This document shows positions 9,835-18,812 of a DNA stretch of 64,000 nt, piece after piece. Both the position numbers and the translations under genes were made by a program. Source of the DNA: an uncultured Actinomycetes bacterium (GTDB taxonomy: Bacteria; Actinomycetota; UBA4738; HRBIN12); contig OY969099.1 of the NCBI GenBank assembly GCA_963697875.1, forward strand, positions 2,793,234 through 2,857,233, read 5' to 3'. The notes under the pieces are model-generated. The model saw only the letters and a list, made by a program, of their open reading frames with translations. It made no database searches and was not told the DNA's origin. Each line of letters begins with the position of its first letter. The first letter of the stretch is position 1.

Positions 9835-11220
9835 GTGACGCAGGTGCAGATGCCCCAGCTCGGGGAGACGATCGTCGAGGGGACGATCCTCAAGTGGCTC
9901 AAGCACGAGGGCGACAGCGTCGACCGCGACGAGCCGCTGTTCGAGATCTCGACCGACAAGGTTGACACCGAGGTGCCGTCGCCCGTGGCCGGCACCGTGT
10001 CGAAGATCCTCGTCGAAGAAGGCGCTACGGTCGCGGTCGGCACGCCGTTGATGGACATCGACGACGGGAAGAGCGGAGCGGCTGCGCCCGGTGCTCCGAC
10101 TGAGCCTGCTGACGCGGCCCGTGACGCCGGCGGTGTCGCCGCCGGGAAAGAAACGCCCGGCGTCGCCCCCGCCGGCGGTTCCGGGGCTTCGCCCCCATCG
10201 ACCCGCGAGGCACCGGCTGCGGCGTCGGCACCTGCCGCACCCGCCGCCACGGGCGCGATGCCGGATCGGGGACCGAGGTCGCAGATCCTGTCGCCGATCG
10301 TGCGACGGCTGGCCCAGGAACACGGGCTCGACCTGTCGACCGTCGAAGGCACCGGCACCGGGGGTCGCATCACGAAGAAGGACGTCCTCGCCGCTGCCGC
10401 GTCTGGCGGCGCGGCAGCCGCCACGGCGCCGGTGGCGGCGGCGCAGGGCGTTTCTTTCCCTGCGACGACGCCGCCGATAGCTCCGGTCACCCCTACGACA
10501 CCCGCCGGTGTGGGCGAGGACGTCGCGCCGATGACGCACATCCGCAAGGCGATCGCCCAGCACATGCTGGCCTCGGTCCAGCAGACGGCGCGCGCGTGGA
10601 CCATGGTCGAGGTCAACGTCGAGAACCTGGTTCGGCTGCGCACCACGGCGAAGGATCCGTTCGAGGCCGCCCACGGCGCCAAGCTCACCTATCTGCCGTT
10701 CGTGGTCCGCGCGACGATCGAGGCGCTGCAGGCCTTCCCGCTCGTGAACTCGCGGCTGGACGGCGAGAACCTCGTCACGCCGCGGTTCGTGAACATGGGG
10801 ATCGCCGTCAGCTACGACGAGGGATTGATCGTTCCCGTGATCAAGGGGGCGGACGGCATGAACGCCGTCGGCATCGCACGCGCGATCGCGGACCTCGCGT
10901 CGCGGGCCCGCGCACACCAGCTGAGGCCCGACGAGGTGCAGGGCGCCACGTTCACGATCACGAATCCGGGCCCGTACGGGTCACTGATCAGCGTGCCGAT
11001 CATCAGTCAGCCGAACGTGGGCATCCTCTCGCTCGACGCGATCCAGAAACGGCCCGTCGTGGTGGAGGGCGACGCGATCGCGGTGCGGCACATGGTCTAC
11101 GTCTCGATGTCGTGGGACCATCGCGTGATCGACGGCGAGCTCGCCACCCGATTCCTCGCCCGCGTGAAGCAGAACCTCGAGACGTGGGACTTCGCCGAGG
11201 ATCTCGGCCTTCCCCGATGA
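9835..11220 (+). CDS. dihydrolipoamide acyltransferase E2 (single lipoyl domain, peripheral-subunit-binding domain, catalytic domain)
   Basis: The lipoyl domain contains EGDSVDRDEPLFEISTDKVDTEVPSPVAGTV, with the lipoyl-Lys in TDKV. An Ala/Pro linker and the SPIVRRLAQEHGLDL E3-binding domain follow. The catalytic domain ends MVYVSMSWDHRVIDGELATRF (DHR active site). GGAGG lies 7 nt before GTG 9835. Confidence 0.88.
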   Translation: MTQVQMPQLGETIVEGTILKWLKHEGDSVDRDEPLFEISTDKVDTEVPSPVAGTVSKILVEEGATVAVGTPLMDIDDGKSGAAAPGAPTEPADAARDAGGVAAGKETPGVAPAGGSGASPPSTREAPAAASAPAAPAATGAMPDRGPRSQILSPIVRRLAQEHGLDLSTVEGTGTGGRITKKDVLAAAASGGAAAATAPVAAAQGVSFPATTPPIAPVTPTTPAGVGEDVAPMTHIRKAIAQHMLASVQQTARAWTMVEVNVENLVRLRTTAKDPFEAAHGAKLTYLPFVVRATIEALQAFPLVNSRLDGENLVTPRFVNMGIAVSYDEGLIVPVIKGADGMNAVGIARAIADLASRARAHQLRPDEVQGATFTITNPGPYGSLISVPIISQPNVGILSLDAIQKRPVVVEGDAIAVRHMVYVSMSWDHRVIDGELATRFLARVKQNLETWDFAEDLGLPR

Positions 11221-11918
11221 CCCGCCCGGGCTGGCTGGTCCGCCCGGCCGCACCCGTGCCCTACGACGCCGCGAACGACGCCATGCACGCGCTCGCGGAG
11301 CGGCGGCTCGCGGCGGATGTCCCAGACGCCGTGATCCTCCTCGAGCATCCGCCGGTCTTCACGGCGGGCAGACGGGCCAAGCCCGACGAGCTGTTGTGGG
11401 ACGAGGCGCGGGTCGAGGATCGTGGCGGCGCGATCCGGCGGATCGACCGCGGCGGATCGTTCACCTTCCACGGGCCCGGACAGCTGGTCGGCTATCCGAT
11501 CCTCGATCTCGGAACCAGACCCGACGCGAGCCGCTACCTGCGCGCCCTCGAGGAGGTCGTGATCCGTGCCTGCGCAGACCTCGGCGCCGAGGTGCATCGC
11601 CGGGAAGAGGTCCAGACCGGGGTCTGGTCGGGCGACAGGAAGGTATGCGCGATCGGCGTCCGCCTGATGCGGGCGCGCGTCACGCTGCACGGGTTCGCGC
11701 TCAACTGCGACACGGACCTCTCCTGGTTCGGAGGGATCGTCGCGTGCGGGCTGCCCGACCACGGGGTGACGTCGCTCTCCGAGTTGCTCGAGCGCGACGT
11801 GACGATCGGAGAGGTTCGGCCCCTGATCGAGTGGCACCTCGCCGACGTCTTCGATCTCGACCTCCTGCCCGCGCCCGAGGAGGTCGCTACCGCATTCGCC
11901 GAAGCGGCCGCGGTCTGA
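11217..11918 (+). CDS. lipB: lipoyl(octanoyl) transferase LipB
   Basis: ATG 11217 overlaps the E2 stop (ATGA). LEHPPVFTAGRRAKPDELLWDE...IRRIDRGGSFTFHGPGQLVGYPILDL...KVCAIGVRL...GIVACGL are LipB family hallmarks. Confidence 0.88.
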   Translation: MTRPGWLVRPAAPVPYDAANDAMHALAERRLAADVPDAVILLEHPPVFTAGRRAKPDELLWDEARVEDRGGAIRRIDRGGSFTFHGPGQLVGYPILDLGTRPDASRYLRALEEVVIRACADLGAEVHRREEVQTGVWSGDRKVCAIGVRLMRARVTLHGFALNCDTDLSWFGGIVACGLPDHGVTSLSELLERDVTIGEVRPLIEWHLADVFDLDLLPAPEEVATAFAEAAAV

Positions 11919-11931
11919 ACGCGGACCGCGG
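11908..11931. terminator. hairpin (8-bp CCGCGGTC/GACCGCGG stem) between the convergent lipB and methyltransferase genes
   Basis: The inverted repeat is read directly from the sequence. It overlaps the lipB stop codon. There is no U-tract, as is usual in high-GC genomes. Confidence 0.3.
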
Positions 11932-11950
11932 ACGAAGAAGCGGACCCGCG

Positions 11951-12694
11951 CTACGCGTCGGCCGTGAGAGCGACGTGCGGCACCTGTTCGAGCCAGCCCA
12001 GCGGCCACGGCGCCTGCAACCGACGAGCCCACTCGATGTCGCGAAGGCGAGCGATCTGCGCCGATCGCCAGCCGGCCTGATACACAGCGGCGATGACGGG
12101 GGCCGCCGACGTCAACCGAGAGAACGGCAGCGACGCGATGACGTCTTCCGGATACGGCGCATGGTGGCTCTCCGGCACGCTGAGCGCGCGCTTGACCACT
12201 TCGGCGGTGCCGCGCCTGACGCGTGCGGCGACGTCGTCACCTCCGAAGATCGCTTCGAGAAGCACCAGGCGGCCGCCGGGCCGGACGGCCTCACGCCACG
12301 CGCGGAGGGTGGCGAAGGGATCCGGCATCGTCCACAGAACGTGGCGTTCCACGATCGCGTCGAACGGTCCGGCGGGAGGAGCGTCGGCCGGTCCGACGAC
12401 GAACGAGAGCTGCAGACCTCGCTCGGCGGCCTTCTCCTTGGCCCTGGCGAGCATGTCCTCGGCCAGATCGAGCGCCGTCACGTCGTAGCCGAGCTCCGCG
12501 GCGAGCAGGGCGATCGCTCCCGTCCCCGAGCCGACGTCCAGGACGCGCGCCGGAGCAGGCGGCAGGGTTTCGGTCAGGACACGCCGCCACGCCGCCGACT
12601 CGACAGGGTCGGTCATGGCGTGCCCGGGCGCGAGGTCGTACGTCTCGCTGTCGCGGTTCCAGAAGTCCCGGAGACGGTCGTGAACGTCGCCCAT
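11951..12694 (-). CDS. class I SAM-dependent methyltransferase
   Basis: VLDVGSGTGAIALLAAELGYDVTALDLAEDM is SAM motif I. RLVLLE is motif II-like. Confidence 0.75.
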   Translation of the reverse strand: MGDVHDRLRDFWNRDSETYDLAPGHAMTDPVESAAWRRVLTETLPPAPARVLDVGSGTGAIALLAAELGYDVTALDLAEDMLARAKEKAAERGLQLSFVVGPADAPPAGPFDAIVERHVLWTMPDPFATLRAWREAVRPGGRLVLLEAIFGGDDVAARVRRGTAEVVKRALSVPESHHAPYPEDVIASLPFSRLTSAAPVIAAVYQAGWRSAQIARLRDIEWARRLQAPWPLGWLEQVPHVALTADA

Positions 12695-12695
12695 A

Positions 12696-13499
12696 TCAGA
12701 ACAGCGCCGCGGACAGGCGCTTGCGGTACTCGACCACCAGGTCGTCCTCGTCGCCGAGCACGGCGAAGACCGTGACCATCGCCTGGCGTGCCGCGTCGCG
12801 GTCGTCCTGGACGGCGGCGAGCATCCCGTCCAGCGCCTCGCGCCACTTCCCCTGCGCAGCGAGGCGCTTCGCCGAAGCGAGCGTTCCGGGCTGGGGGTCT
12901 TCGACCCACTCCTGCACCTCGATCGCGGCGTGCAACCGCTCCGCCTCGGGGTCGGGCAGATGCTTCATCACAAGGGGACGCGCCTCGTCGATCGCGCCGC
13001 GCGACACGAGGATGCGCGCGAGCCCGAGGGCGGCCTCACGGTTGTCTGGCTCTTTCTGGAGCGCTTCGCGGAAGCCTTCCTCCGCCGCCGCGACGTCGCC
13101 CGACTCGGCGACGGCCTCCGCCTGCATCGCCTCACGGTCGGCCTCGGTCGGCAGGACCGAGTCGACGAACGCGTTGACCTCCGACTCCGGGTAGGCGCCG
13201 ATGAACATACTCACCGGTTGCCCGTCGCGGAACGCGACCACCGTGGGGATGCCCTGGCTGCGGACCGCCTGCAGCAGCGCCTGGCCCACCCCGTTCGCGT
13301 CGACGTCGACCTTCGCGAGCAGGAACTCGCCCTTGCGCTCTCCGGCCACTTTCTCGAGAACCGGGCTCAAGGACTTGCACGGGCCGCACCAGTCCGCCCA
13401 GAGATCCACCACGACCGGTCGGTCCTTCGAACCCTCGATCACCACGCGTTCGAAGTCCTCGTCGGTGACGTCGACGACGTGTTCCGCAGTCATGCTCAT
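12696..13499 (-). CDS. thioredoxin-domain protein with a C-terminal TPR-like domain (YbbN/CnoX-like chaperedoxin)
   Basis: VVVDLWADWCGPCKSLSPVLE is a thioredoxin WCGPC active site. A helical Ala/Glu-rich TPR-like tail follows. The start is MSM at 13499, with GGAGGA upstream. The longer track ORF extends spuriously to 13643. Confidence 0.8.
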   Translation of the reverse strand: MSMTAEHVVDVTDEDFERVVIEGSKDRPVVVDLWADWCGPCKSLSPVLEKVAGERKGEFLLAKVDVDANGVGQALLQAVRSQGIPTVVAFRDGQPVSMFIGAYPESEVNAFVDSVLPTEADREAMQAEAVAESGDVAAAEEGFREALQKEPDNREAALGLARILVSRGAIDEARPLVMKHLPDPEAERLHAAIEVQEWVEDPQPGTLASAKRLAAQGKWREALDGMLAAVQDDRDAARQAMVTVFAVLGDEDDLVVEYRKRLSAALF

Positions 13500-13633
13500 G
13501 GGGTAGGTCCGTCCTCCGTTCGCACGTTCGCTTCCACGCAAGTCTCGGCGAGGACCGCGCGAGTGACAACGTGGGGCGCATCCCCCGTTCGGACCCCGGT
13601 GTAGACTCGCCCCACGGTGCGAGGAACTGCGCA

Positions 13634-14641
13634 GTGGCGACACGGGTGACGCAGACCCCTCACGGGGCGCTCGGTCTGTCGGGGGACGATCTCCTCGCGA
13701 TGCATCGCACGATGCTCGAGGCGCGCCTGATCGACGAGGCCTCCTTGCGGCAGAACCGGATGGGCCGTGCTCCCTTCGTCGTGCCGGTGTCGGGGCACGA
13801 GGGATGTCAGATCGGCACCGCCTGGGCGATGCGGCGCGGTCCCGACGTCTGGGTCCCCTACTACCGGGACCTCGGCGTCGTGCTCGTGGCCGGGATGACC
13901 GCCGAGGAGGTCTTCCTCGGCCTCTTCTCCAAGGCGGCCGACCCGTCCTCAGCGGGACGGCAGATGCCCAACCACTGGGGCTCGGAGGCTCTCAACATCG
14001 TGTCGCACTCCTCGCCGATCGCCACCCAGGTGCCCCACGCGGCGGGCATCGCGTACGCGATGAAGTACCGCGGCGAAGACGGTGTGACGGGCTGCTGGTT
14101 CGGCGAGGGTGCGACCAGCGAAGGCGACTGGCACGAGGGCGTGAACTTCGCCAGCATCCACAGGCTCCCCGTCATCTTCGTCTGCGAGAACAACGAGTAC
14201 GCGATCAGCGTGCATCAGACGAAGCAGATGGCGGTGAAGGACGTCGCGAGCCGCGCTGAGGGATACGGCATGCCCGGTGTCGTCGTCGACGGCAACGACG
14301 TCCTGGCGTGCTACGACGCGATGAAGCAGGCGCACGATCGCGCAAGGGGCGGCGACGGCCCCACCCTGATCGAGTGCAAGACGTACCGGTTCCTGCCCCA
14401 CACGTCCGACGACGACGACAAGACCTACCGCTCACGCGAAGAGGTCGAGGAACACAAGCACCTCGATCCGCTGGTCCGCTTCGGCGCGTACCTGAAGCAG
14501 CACGAGCTGGCCGACGACGCGTCGCTCGACGCGCTGCGCGCCGAGGTCAAGGGGCAGATCGACGAAGCGATCCAGTCGGCCTGGGACGCCCCCGATCCCG
14601 ACCCGGCGAGCGCGACCCGGTACGTGTTCGCGGAAGGATGA
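13634..14641 (+). CDS. second 2-oxo acid dehydrogenase E1 alpha subunit (acetoin/branched-chain type paralog)
   Basis: HRTMLEARLIDEASLRQNRMGRAPFVVPVSGHEGCQIG...GDWHEGVNFASIHRLPVIFVCENNEYAIS...YRFLPHTSDDDD is a paralog of the gene at 7714. GTG 13634 has GAGGAA 7 nt upstream. GTG 13571 is an alternative start. Confidence 0.82.
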   Translation: MATRVTQTPHGALGLSGDDLLAMHRTMLEARLIDEASLRQNRMGRAPFVVPVSGHEGCQIGTAWAMRRGPDVWVPYYRDLGVVLVAGMTAEEVFLGLFSKAADPSSAGRQMPNHWGSEALNIVSHSSPIATQVPHAAGIAYAMKYRGEDGVTGCWFGEGATSEGDWHEGVNFASIHRLPVIFVCENNEYAISVHQTKQMAVKDVASRAEGYGMPGVVVDGNDVLACYDAMKQAHDRARGGDGPTLIECKTYRFLPHTSDDDDKTYRSREEVEEHKHLDPLVRFGAYLKQHELADDASLDALRAEVKGQIDEAIQSAWDAPDPDPASATRYVFAEG

Positions 14642-14642
14642 C

Positions 14643-15632
14643 GTGAGCGAGAAGAACCTCGTCACCGCGATCCGCGACACGCTGCACGACGAGATGGCGG
14701 CCGACGACCGGCTGATCCTTCTCGGCGAGGACGTGGGTGCACGCGGCGGCGTCTTCAAGATCTCCGAGGGATTCCTCGACGAGTTCGGGGGCATGCGCGT
14801 GCTGGACACGCCGCTTGCCGAATCAGGGATCGTGGGGGTCGCGATCGGGATGGCGCTGCACGGCTTGCTTCCGGTAGCCGAGATCGAGTTCGCGGACTTC
14901 ATCCATCCTGCGTTCGATCAGATCGTGTCGGAGGCTGCGCGCATGCGCTATCGGACCAACGGCACGATCGGCGTTCCGATGGTGATCCGCGCACCGTGCG
15001 GGGGCGGCATCCACGGTGCCCTCTACCATTCGCAGTCGATCGAAGCGTTCTACGCGCACGTGCCCGGGATCAAGGTCGTCTTGCCGTCGACGCCCGCCGA
15101 CGCCGCCGGGTTGCTGCGTTCCGCGATCCACGACCCGGACCCCGTGCTGTTCCTCGAGCACAAGAAGTGCTACCGGCTGATCAAGGGTGAGGTGCCCGAC
15201 GATGCGGGGACCACGCCGATCGGGAAGGCCGACGTGAAGCGGGAGGGATCCGACCTGACCGTGGTGACCTACGGCTACGACCTCCACCGGTGCCTCGACG
15301 CAGCGGAGCGCCTGGCGGCCGACGAAGGTGTCGACGCGGAGGTCGTGGACGTGCGAACGCTGGCACCCCTGGACACCGAGACGATCCTGGCGTCGGTGCG
15401 CAAGACCACCAAGGCGATGGTCGTCTACGAGGACAACCGCACGTACGGGGCCGGGGCCGAGATCGCCGCGACGATCGCCGAGGAGACCATGTTCGACCTC
15501 GACGCCCCGATCGTGCGGGTGGGTGGCCCCGACATCCCGGCGATGCCCTTCGCAGCAGGGCTCGAGCACTACTACATGGAGCCCGAGCCGGACCACATCT
15601 ACCGGCGCATGCTCGACCTGGCACGGTTCTGA
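14643..15632 (+). CDS. second 2-oxo acid dehydrogenase E1 beta subunit
   Basis: VSEKNLVTAIRDTLHDEMAADDRLILLGEDVGARGGVFKISEGF...VLDTPLAESGIVGVAIGMALHGLLPVAEIEFADF is an E1-beta. GTG 14643 lies 1 nt after the alpha-subunit stop, with GGAAGGA 4 nt upstream. Confidence 0.85.
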   Translation: MSEKNLVTAIRDTLHDEMAADDRLILLGEDVGARGGVFKISEGFLDEFGGMRVLDTPLAESGIVGVAIGMALHGLLPVAEIEFADFIHPAFDQIVSEAARMRYRTNGTIGVPMVIRAPCGGGIHGALYHSQSIEAFYAHVPGIKVVLPSTPADAAGLLRSAIHDPDPVLFLEHKKCYRLIKGEVPDDAGTTPIGKADVKREGSDLTVVTYGYDLHRCLDAAERLAADEGVDAEVVDVRTLAPLDTETILASVRKTTKAMVVYEDNRTYGAGAEIAATIAEETMFDLDAPIVRVGGPDIPAMPFAAGLEHYYMEPEPDHIYRRMLDLARF

Positions 15633-15671
15633 GTTCAGGCCGCACCGGCCGCACCCGATACTGCGCAAGAG

Positions 15672-18600
15672 ATGCGCGTTCGAGCGGGGCCGCGTGGAAG
15701 GCGGCGGCGATCCGGCACCCGGGACCTCATGGTCCTCCTCGTGGCGGTCGCAGCGTTCTTCGCGCTGGGTGCTGCCCTCGGCGTGTTCGTGGACCTCTGG
15801 CGACGCCTCGCCGATGCACCCGCCCTGGCGAACCTGTTCGGGGCGGCCGTGCTGCTCCTCGTGACCGCCGCGGTGCTGGGGTTGCGTCAGTGGGGGCAGG
15901 TCGAGGGCGAGCGGGCGCTGCGCGTGGACGCCGAGGCGAAGTTCCGTGCGCTCGTCGAGGAGTCACCAGCCGTGTCGTACACGTGGGACCCGGTCCGCCG
16001 CCGCCACCTGTACGTCAGCCCCCAGATCGCGAACGTCCTCGGGTACACGGCGAGCGGATGGGCCGACGACGACGACCTGTGGTTCGAGGTCATCGACGAG
16101 GGGCATCGAGACGCGGTGCTCGCCGCGTCCAGAGAGGCCGACCGCACCGGCCGGCCGTTCCTGCAGGAATACCGGATGCGCGCGAAGGACGGGCGCACGG
16201 TGTGGATCCGCGACGAGTCCAACTACGTCTCGTTCTCGGCGACGGGCAAGCCGCTGCTGGCGCAGGGCGTGATGTACGACATCACACGTCAGAAGGAGGC
16301 CGAGGAGCGGGCCTTCGCGGCCGAGGAGCGGTACCGGCAGCTGATCGAACACCTCCCGGTGGCCGTCTATACCGACGCGGTCGACGAGGTGAGCACGGCG
16401 CTGTACATCAGCCCGCAGTACGAAGACCTCACCGGCTACACCCCGGAGCAGCGCCTCCTCGACCCCACCCTGTGGACGACGATGCTCCACCCCGAGGACA
16501 GGGACCGCGTGCTCGCCGAATCGAAGCGCACGAACGAGAGCGGCGACCCGTTCGACATCGAGTATCGGATCGTTCGCGCCGACCGGCGGATCGCGTGGCT
16601 CCACGACCACGCGATGCTCGTGGGTGGTCCCGGCGGCAAGCCGATCTGGCAGGGCGTGCTGCAGGACGTCACCGAGCGACGCCAGGCACAGGACGCCCTC
16701 GCGCGCCGCGACGCGATCCTGCAGGCGACCGGGTTCGCCGCAGAGCGGTTCCTCCGCTCGCCGTCGTGGCGCTCGGTGATCGCCGACGCGCTCGAACGCA
16801 TGGGACGGGCGAGCGGAGCAGGCCGGACGACGCTCTGGGCGAACCAGCGGGGCGAGGACGAGGACCTGCGTGTCAGTCAGCTCGCCTCGTGGTGCGCACC
16901 CGGCGTCCCGATCGAAGGCGACGAGAAGCGCACCCGCGGCTTCTCGTGGCTCGCCGGGGGGTTCGGGCGCTGGATGGAGCTGTTGGGGGCGGGCGAGATC
17001 GTGCACGGGCACGTCCACGACCTTCCCGGGCCCGAGCGCGAGCTGCTCGAACGGGACCCGTTCGAGATCCACGCGCTCCTCGCCATCCCCGTCTTCGTGG
17101 AGGACGACTGGTGGGGCTACCTGGGGTTCGAGCAGGGCGAGGCCGGACGCACCTGGCACGAGGTGGAGATCGAGGCCCTGATGGTGACGGCGAACACGCT
17201 CGGGGCGGCGATCGCGCGTGAACGCGCGGCCGGCGAGCTCGCCGAGACACAGCGCCGCTACCAGACCCTCGTGGAGCAGATCCCCGCGATGACCTACATC
17301 GAGCGCGCGTTCCAAGGCGGCGCGATCTACACGAGCCCGCAGACCCGTGAGGTGCTCGGCTACGCGGAGGACGAGTGGAACCGCAACGAGCACTGGGTCC
17401 GTGCGCTCCATCCGGACGACCGCGACCGCGTGGTCGCAGAGGACACGCGAACCAACGAGACGGGCGAGCCTTTCCGCGCCGAGTATCGGCTGCTCGCGAA
17501 GGACGGCCACGTGGTGTGGGTCCGCGACGAGGCGGTCCTGGTACGCGCGGACGACGGCTCACCGCTCTACTGGCAGGGCGTGCGATTCGACATCACCGCA
17601 GAGAAGGAGTCGGAGGAACAGCTGCGCGCGGCGGAGGAGCGCTACCGGGGGATCGTGGAGCACGTGCCGGCCGCGATCTACCTCGATCGGCCCGATGCGA
17701 GCATGCAGAGCGTCTACGTGAGTCCGCAGATCGAGGAGATCACGGGTGTAGGCGCCGATCGGTGGATGGAGGAGCCGGAGCTCTGGCTCGAGCTCGCGCA
17801 CCCGGATGATCGCCAGCGCGTCCGCACGTCGTATCTGGCGGCCGCGCGCGAGCACACGCCGTGGAGCGCGGAGTACCGCATGCGCACGCCGGACGGCCGG
17901 ACGATCTGGGTCCACGACGAGACGACCTTCTTGCACGACACGGAAGGCACGCCCGTCTACATGCAGGGCGTCATCTTCGACATCACCGAGCAGAAGCTCG
18001 CGGAGCAGGCGCTGCGTGAGAGCGAGCGGCGCGAGCGCGAGGCAGCCGAGCGCCTGCGTTCTCTCGACGTGATGAAGAACACCTTCCTCGCGGCCGTGTC
18101 GCACGAGTTGCGGAGCCCGCTCACGTCGATCCTCGGGCTCTCGCTGACCCTCGAGCGGGGATCCGAGATCGGCGCCGACGACCGGCAGGACCTGCTGCGG
18201 CGGCTCGCCGGGAACGCCAGGAAGCTCGATCGGTTGCTTCGTGATCTCCTCGACATCGACAGGCTGAACCGAGGGATCGTCGAGCCTCAGTACCGGGTGA
18301 CCGACATCGGCACGCTCGCTCGCAGGACGGTCGAGAGCCTGGACGTCCTCGCCGGGCGGGACGTGATCGTCCAGACCGACGCCGTCGTCCTGGCCGTCGA
18401 CCCACCGAAGGTCGAACGCATCGTGGAGAACCTGCTCGCCAACGCGGTCCGGCATACGGAGCCCGACCGCAGGATCTGGCTCAAGGTGCAGCCGCGCGAT
18501 GCGGGGGCGATCATCACCGTGGAGGACGACGGTCCCGGGGTCGACGAAGGGATGCGCGACGCCATCTTCGAGCCGTTCCGTCAGGGACCCACCGCCTCTC

Positions 18601-18809
18601 CCCACGCGCCGGGCACGGGCATCGGCCTGTCGCTCGTGGCGCGGTTCGCCGAGCTGCACGGCGGCCGTGCCTGGGTCGAGGAGCGGCGCGGCGGCGGCGC
18701 CTCGTTCCGCGTGTTCCTGCCGGGCCGCCAGGCGACCCTTGACCTGCGCCAGCCCGATCCCGTCGAGGGTGCGTCCGTCCACCTGCCGCGCGCGGACGCC
18801 GCGGGCTGA
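15672..18809 (+). CDS. membrane-anchored multi-sensor histidine kinase (N-terminal TM, about four PAS domains, GAF-like domain, HisKA, HATPase_c)
   Basis: An N-terminal hydrophobic segment (LMVLLVAVAAFFALGAALGVFV) is followed by repeated PAS signatures: ...YTWDP...RMRAKDGRTVWIRDE...; ...DIEYRIVRADRRIAWLHDH...; ...RAEYRLLAKDGHVVWVRDE...; ...EYRMRTPDGRTIWVHDE.... The H-box FLAAVSHELRSPLTSI and the N/G boxes (NLLANAVRHT, TVEDDGPGV, GTGIGLSLV) follow. An alternative start is ATG 15729. Confidence 0.85.
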   Translation: MRVRAGPRGRRRRSGTRDLMVLLVAVAAFFALGAALGVFVDLWRRLADAPALANLFGAAVLLLVTAAVLGLRQWGQVEGERALRVDAEAKFRALVEESPAVSYTWDPVRRRHLYVSPQIANVLGYTASGWADDDDLWFEVIDEGHRDAVLAASREADRTGRPFLQEYRMRAKDGRTVWIRDESNYVSFSATGKPLLAQGVMYDITRQKEAEERAFAAEERYRQLIEHLPVAVYTDAVDEVSTALYISPQYEDLTGYTPEQRLLDPTLWTTMLHPEDRDRVLAESKRTNESGDPFDIEYRIVRADRRIAWLHDHAMLVGGPGGKPIWQGVLQDVTERRQAQDALARRDAILQATGFAAERFLRSPSWRSVIADALERMGRASGAGRTTLWANQRGEDEDLRVSQLASWCAPGVPIEGDEKRTRGFSWLAGGFGRWMELLGAGEIVHGHVHDLPGPERELLERDPFEIHALLAIPVFVEDDWWGYLGFEQGEAGRTWHEVEIEALMVTANTLGAAIARERAAGELAETQRRYQTLVEQIPAMTYIERAFQGGAIYTSPQTREVLGYAEDEWNRNEHWVRALHPDDRDRVVAEDTRTNETGEPFRAEYRLLAKDGHVVWVRDEAVLVRADDGSPLYWQGVRFDITAEKESEEQLRAAEERYRGIVEHVPAAIYLDRPDASMQSVYVSPQIEEITGVGADRWMEEPELWLELAHPDDRQRVRTSYLAAAREHTPWSAEYRMRTPDGRTIWVHDETTFLHDTEGTPVYMQGVIFDITEQKLAEQALRESERREREAAERLRSLDVMKNTFLAAVSHELRSPLTSILGLSLTLERGSEIGADDRQDLLRRLAGNARKLDRLLRDLLDIDRLNRGIVEPQYRVTDIGTLARRTVESLDVLAGRDVIVQTDAVVLAVDPPKVERIVENLLANAVRHTEPDRRIWLKVQPRDAGAIITVEDDGPGVDEGMRDAIFEPFRQGPTASPHAPGTGIGLSLVARFAELHGGRAWVEERRGGGASFRVFLPGRQATLDLRQPDPVEGASVHLPRADAAG

Positions 18810-18812
18810 CCC

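Noticed and set aside
9661-10917. 418-aa minus ORF and 9828..10688 minus ORF
   Set aside because: They are antisense to the E2 acyltransferase. The Ala/Pro linker region creates long open frames on both strands.
11097-12032. 311-aa minus ORF over lipB
   Set aside because: It is antisense to lipB, which has clear family motifs.
15290-17221. 643-aa plus ORF (Arg/Gly-rich) overlapping E1-beta and the kinase
   Set aside because: It is out of frame with two homologous genes and has an implausible composition.
15963-18782. 515-aa and 407-aa minus ORFs (15963..17510, 17559..18782)
   Set aside because: Both are antisense to the PAS/GAF histidine kinase.
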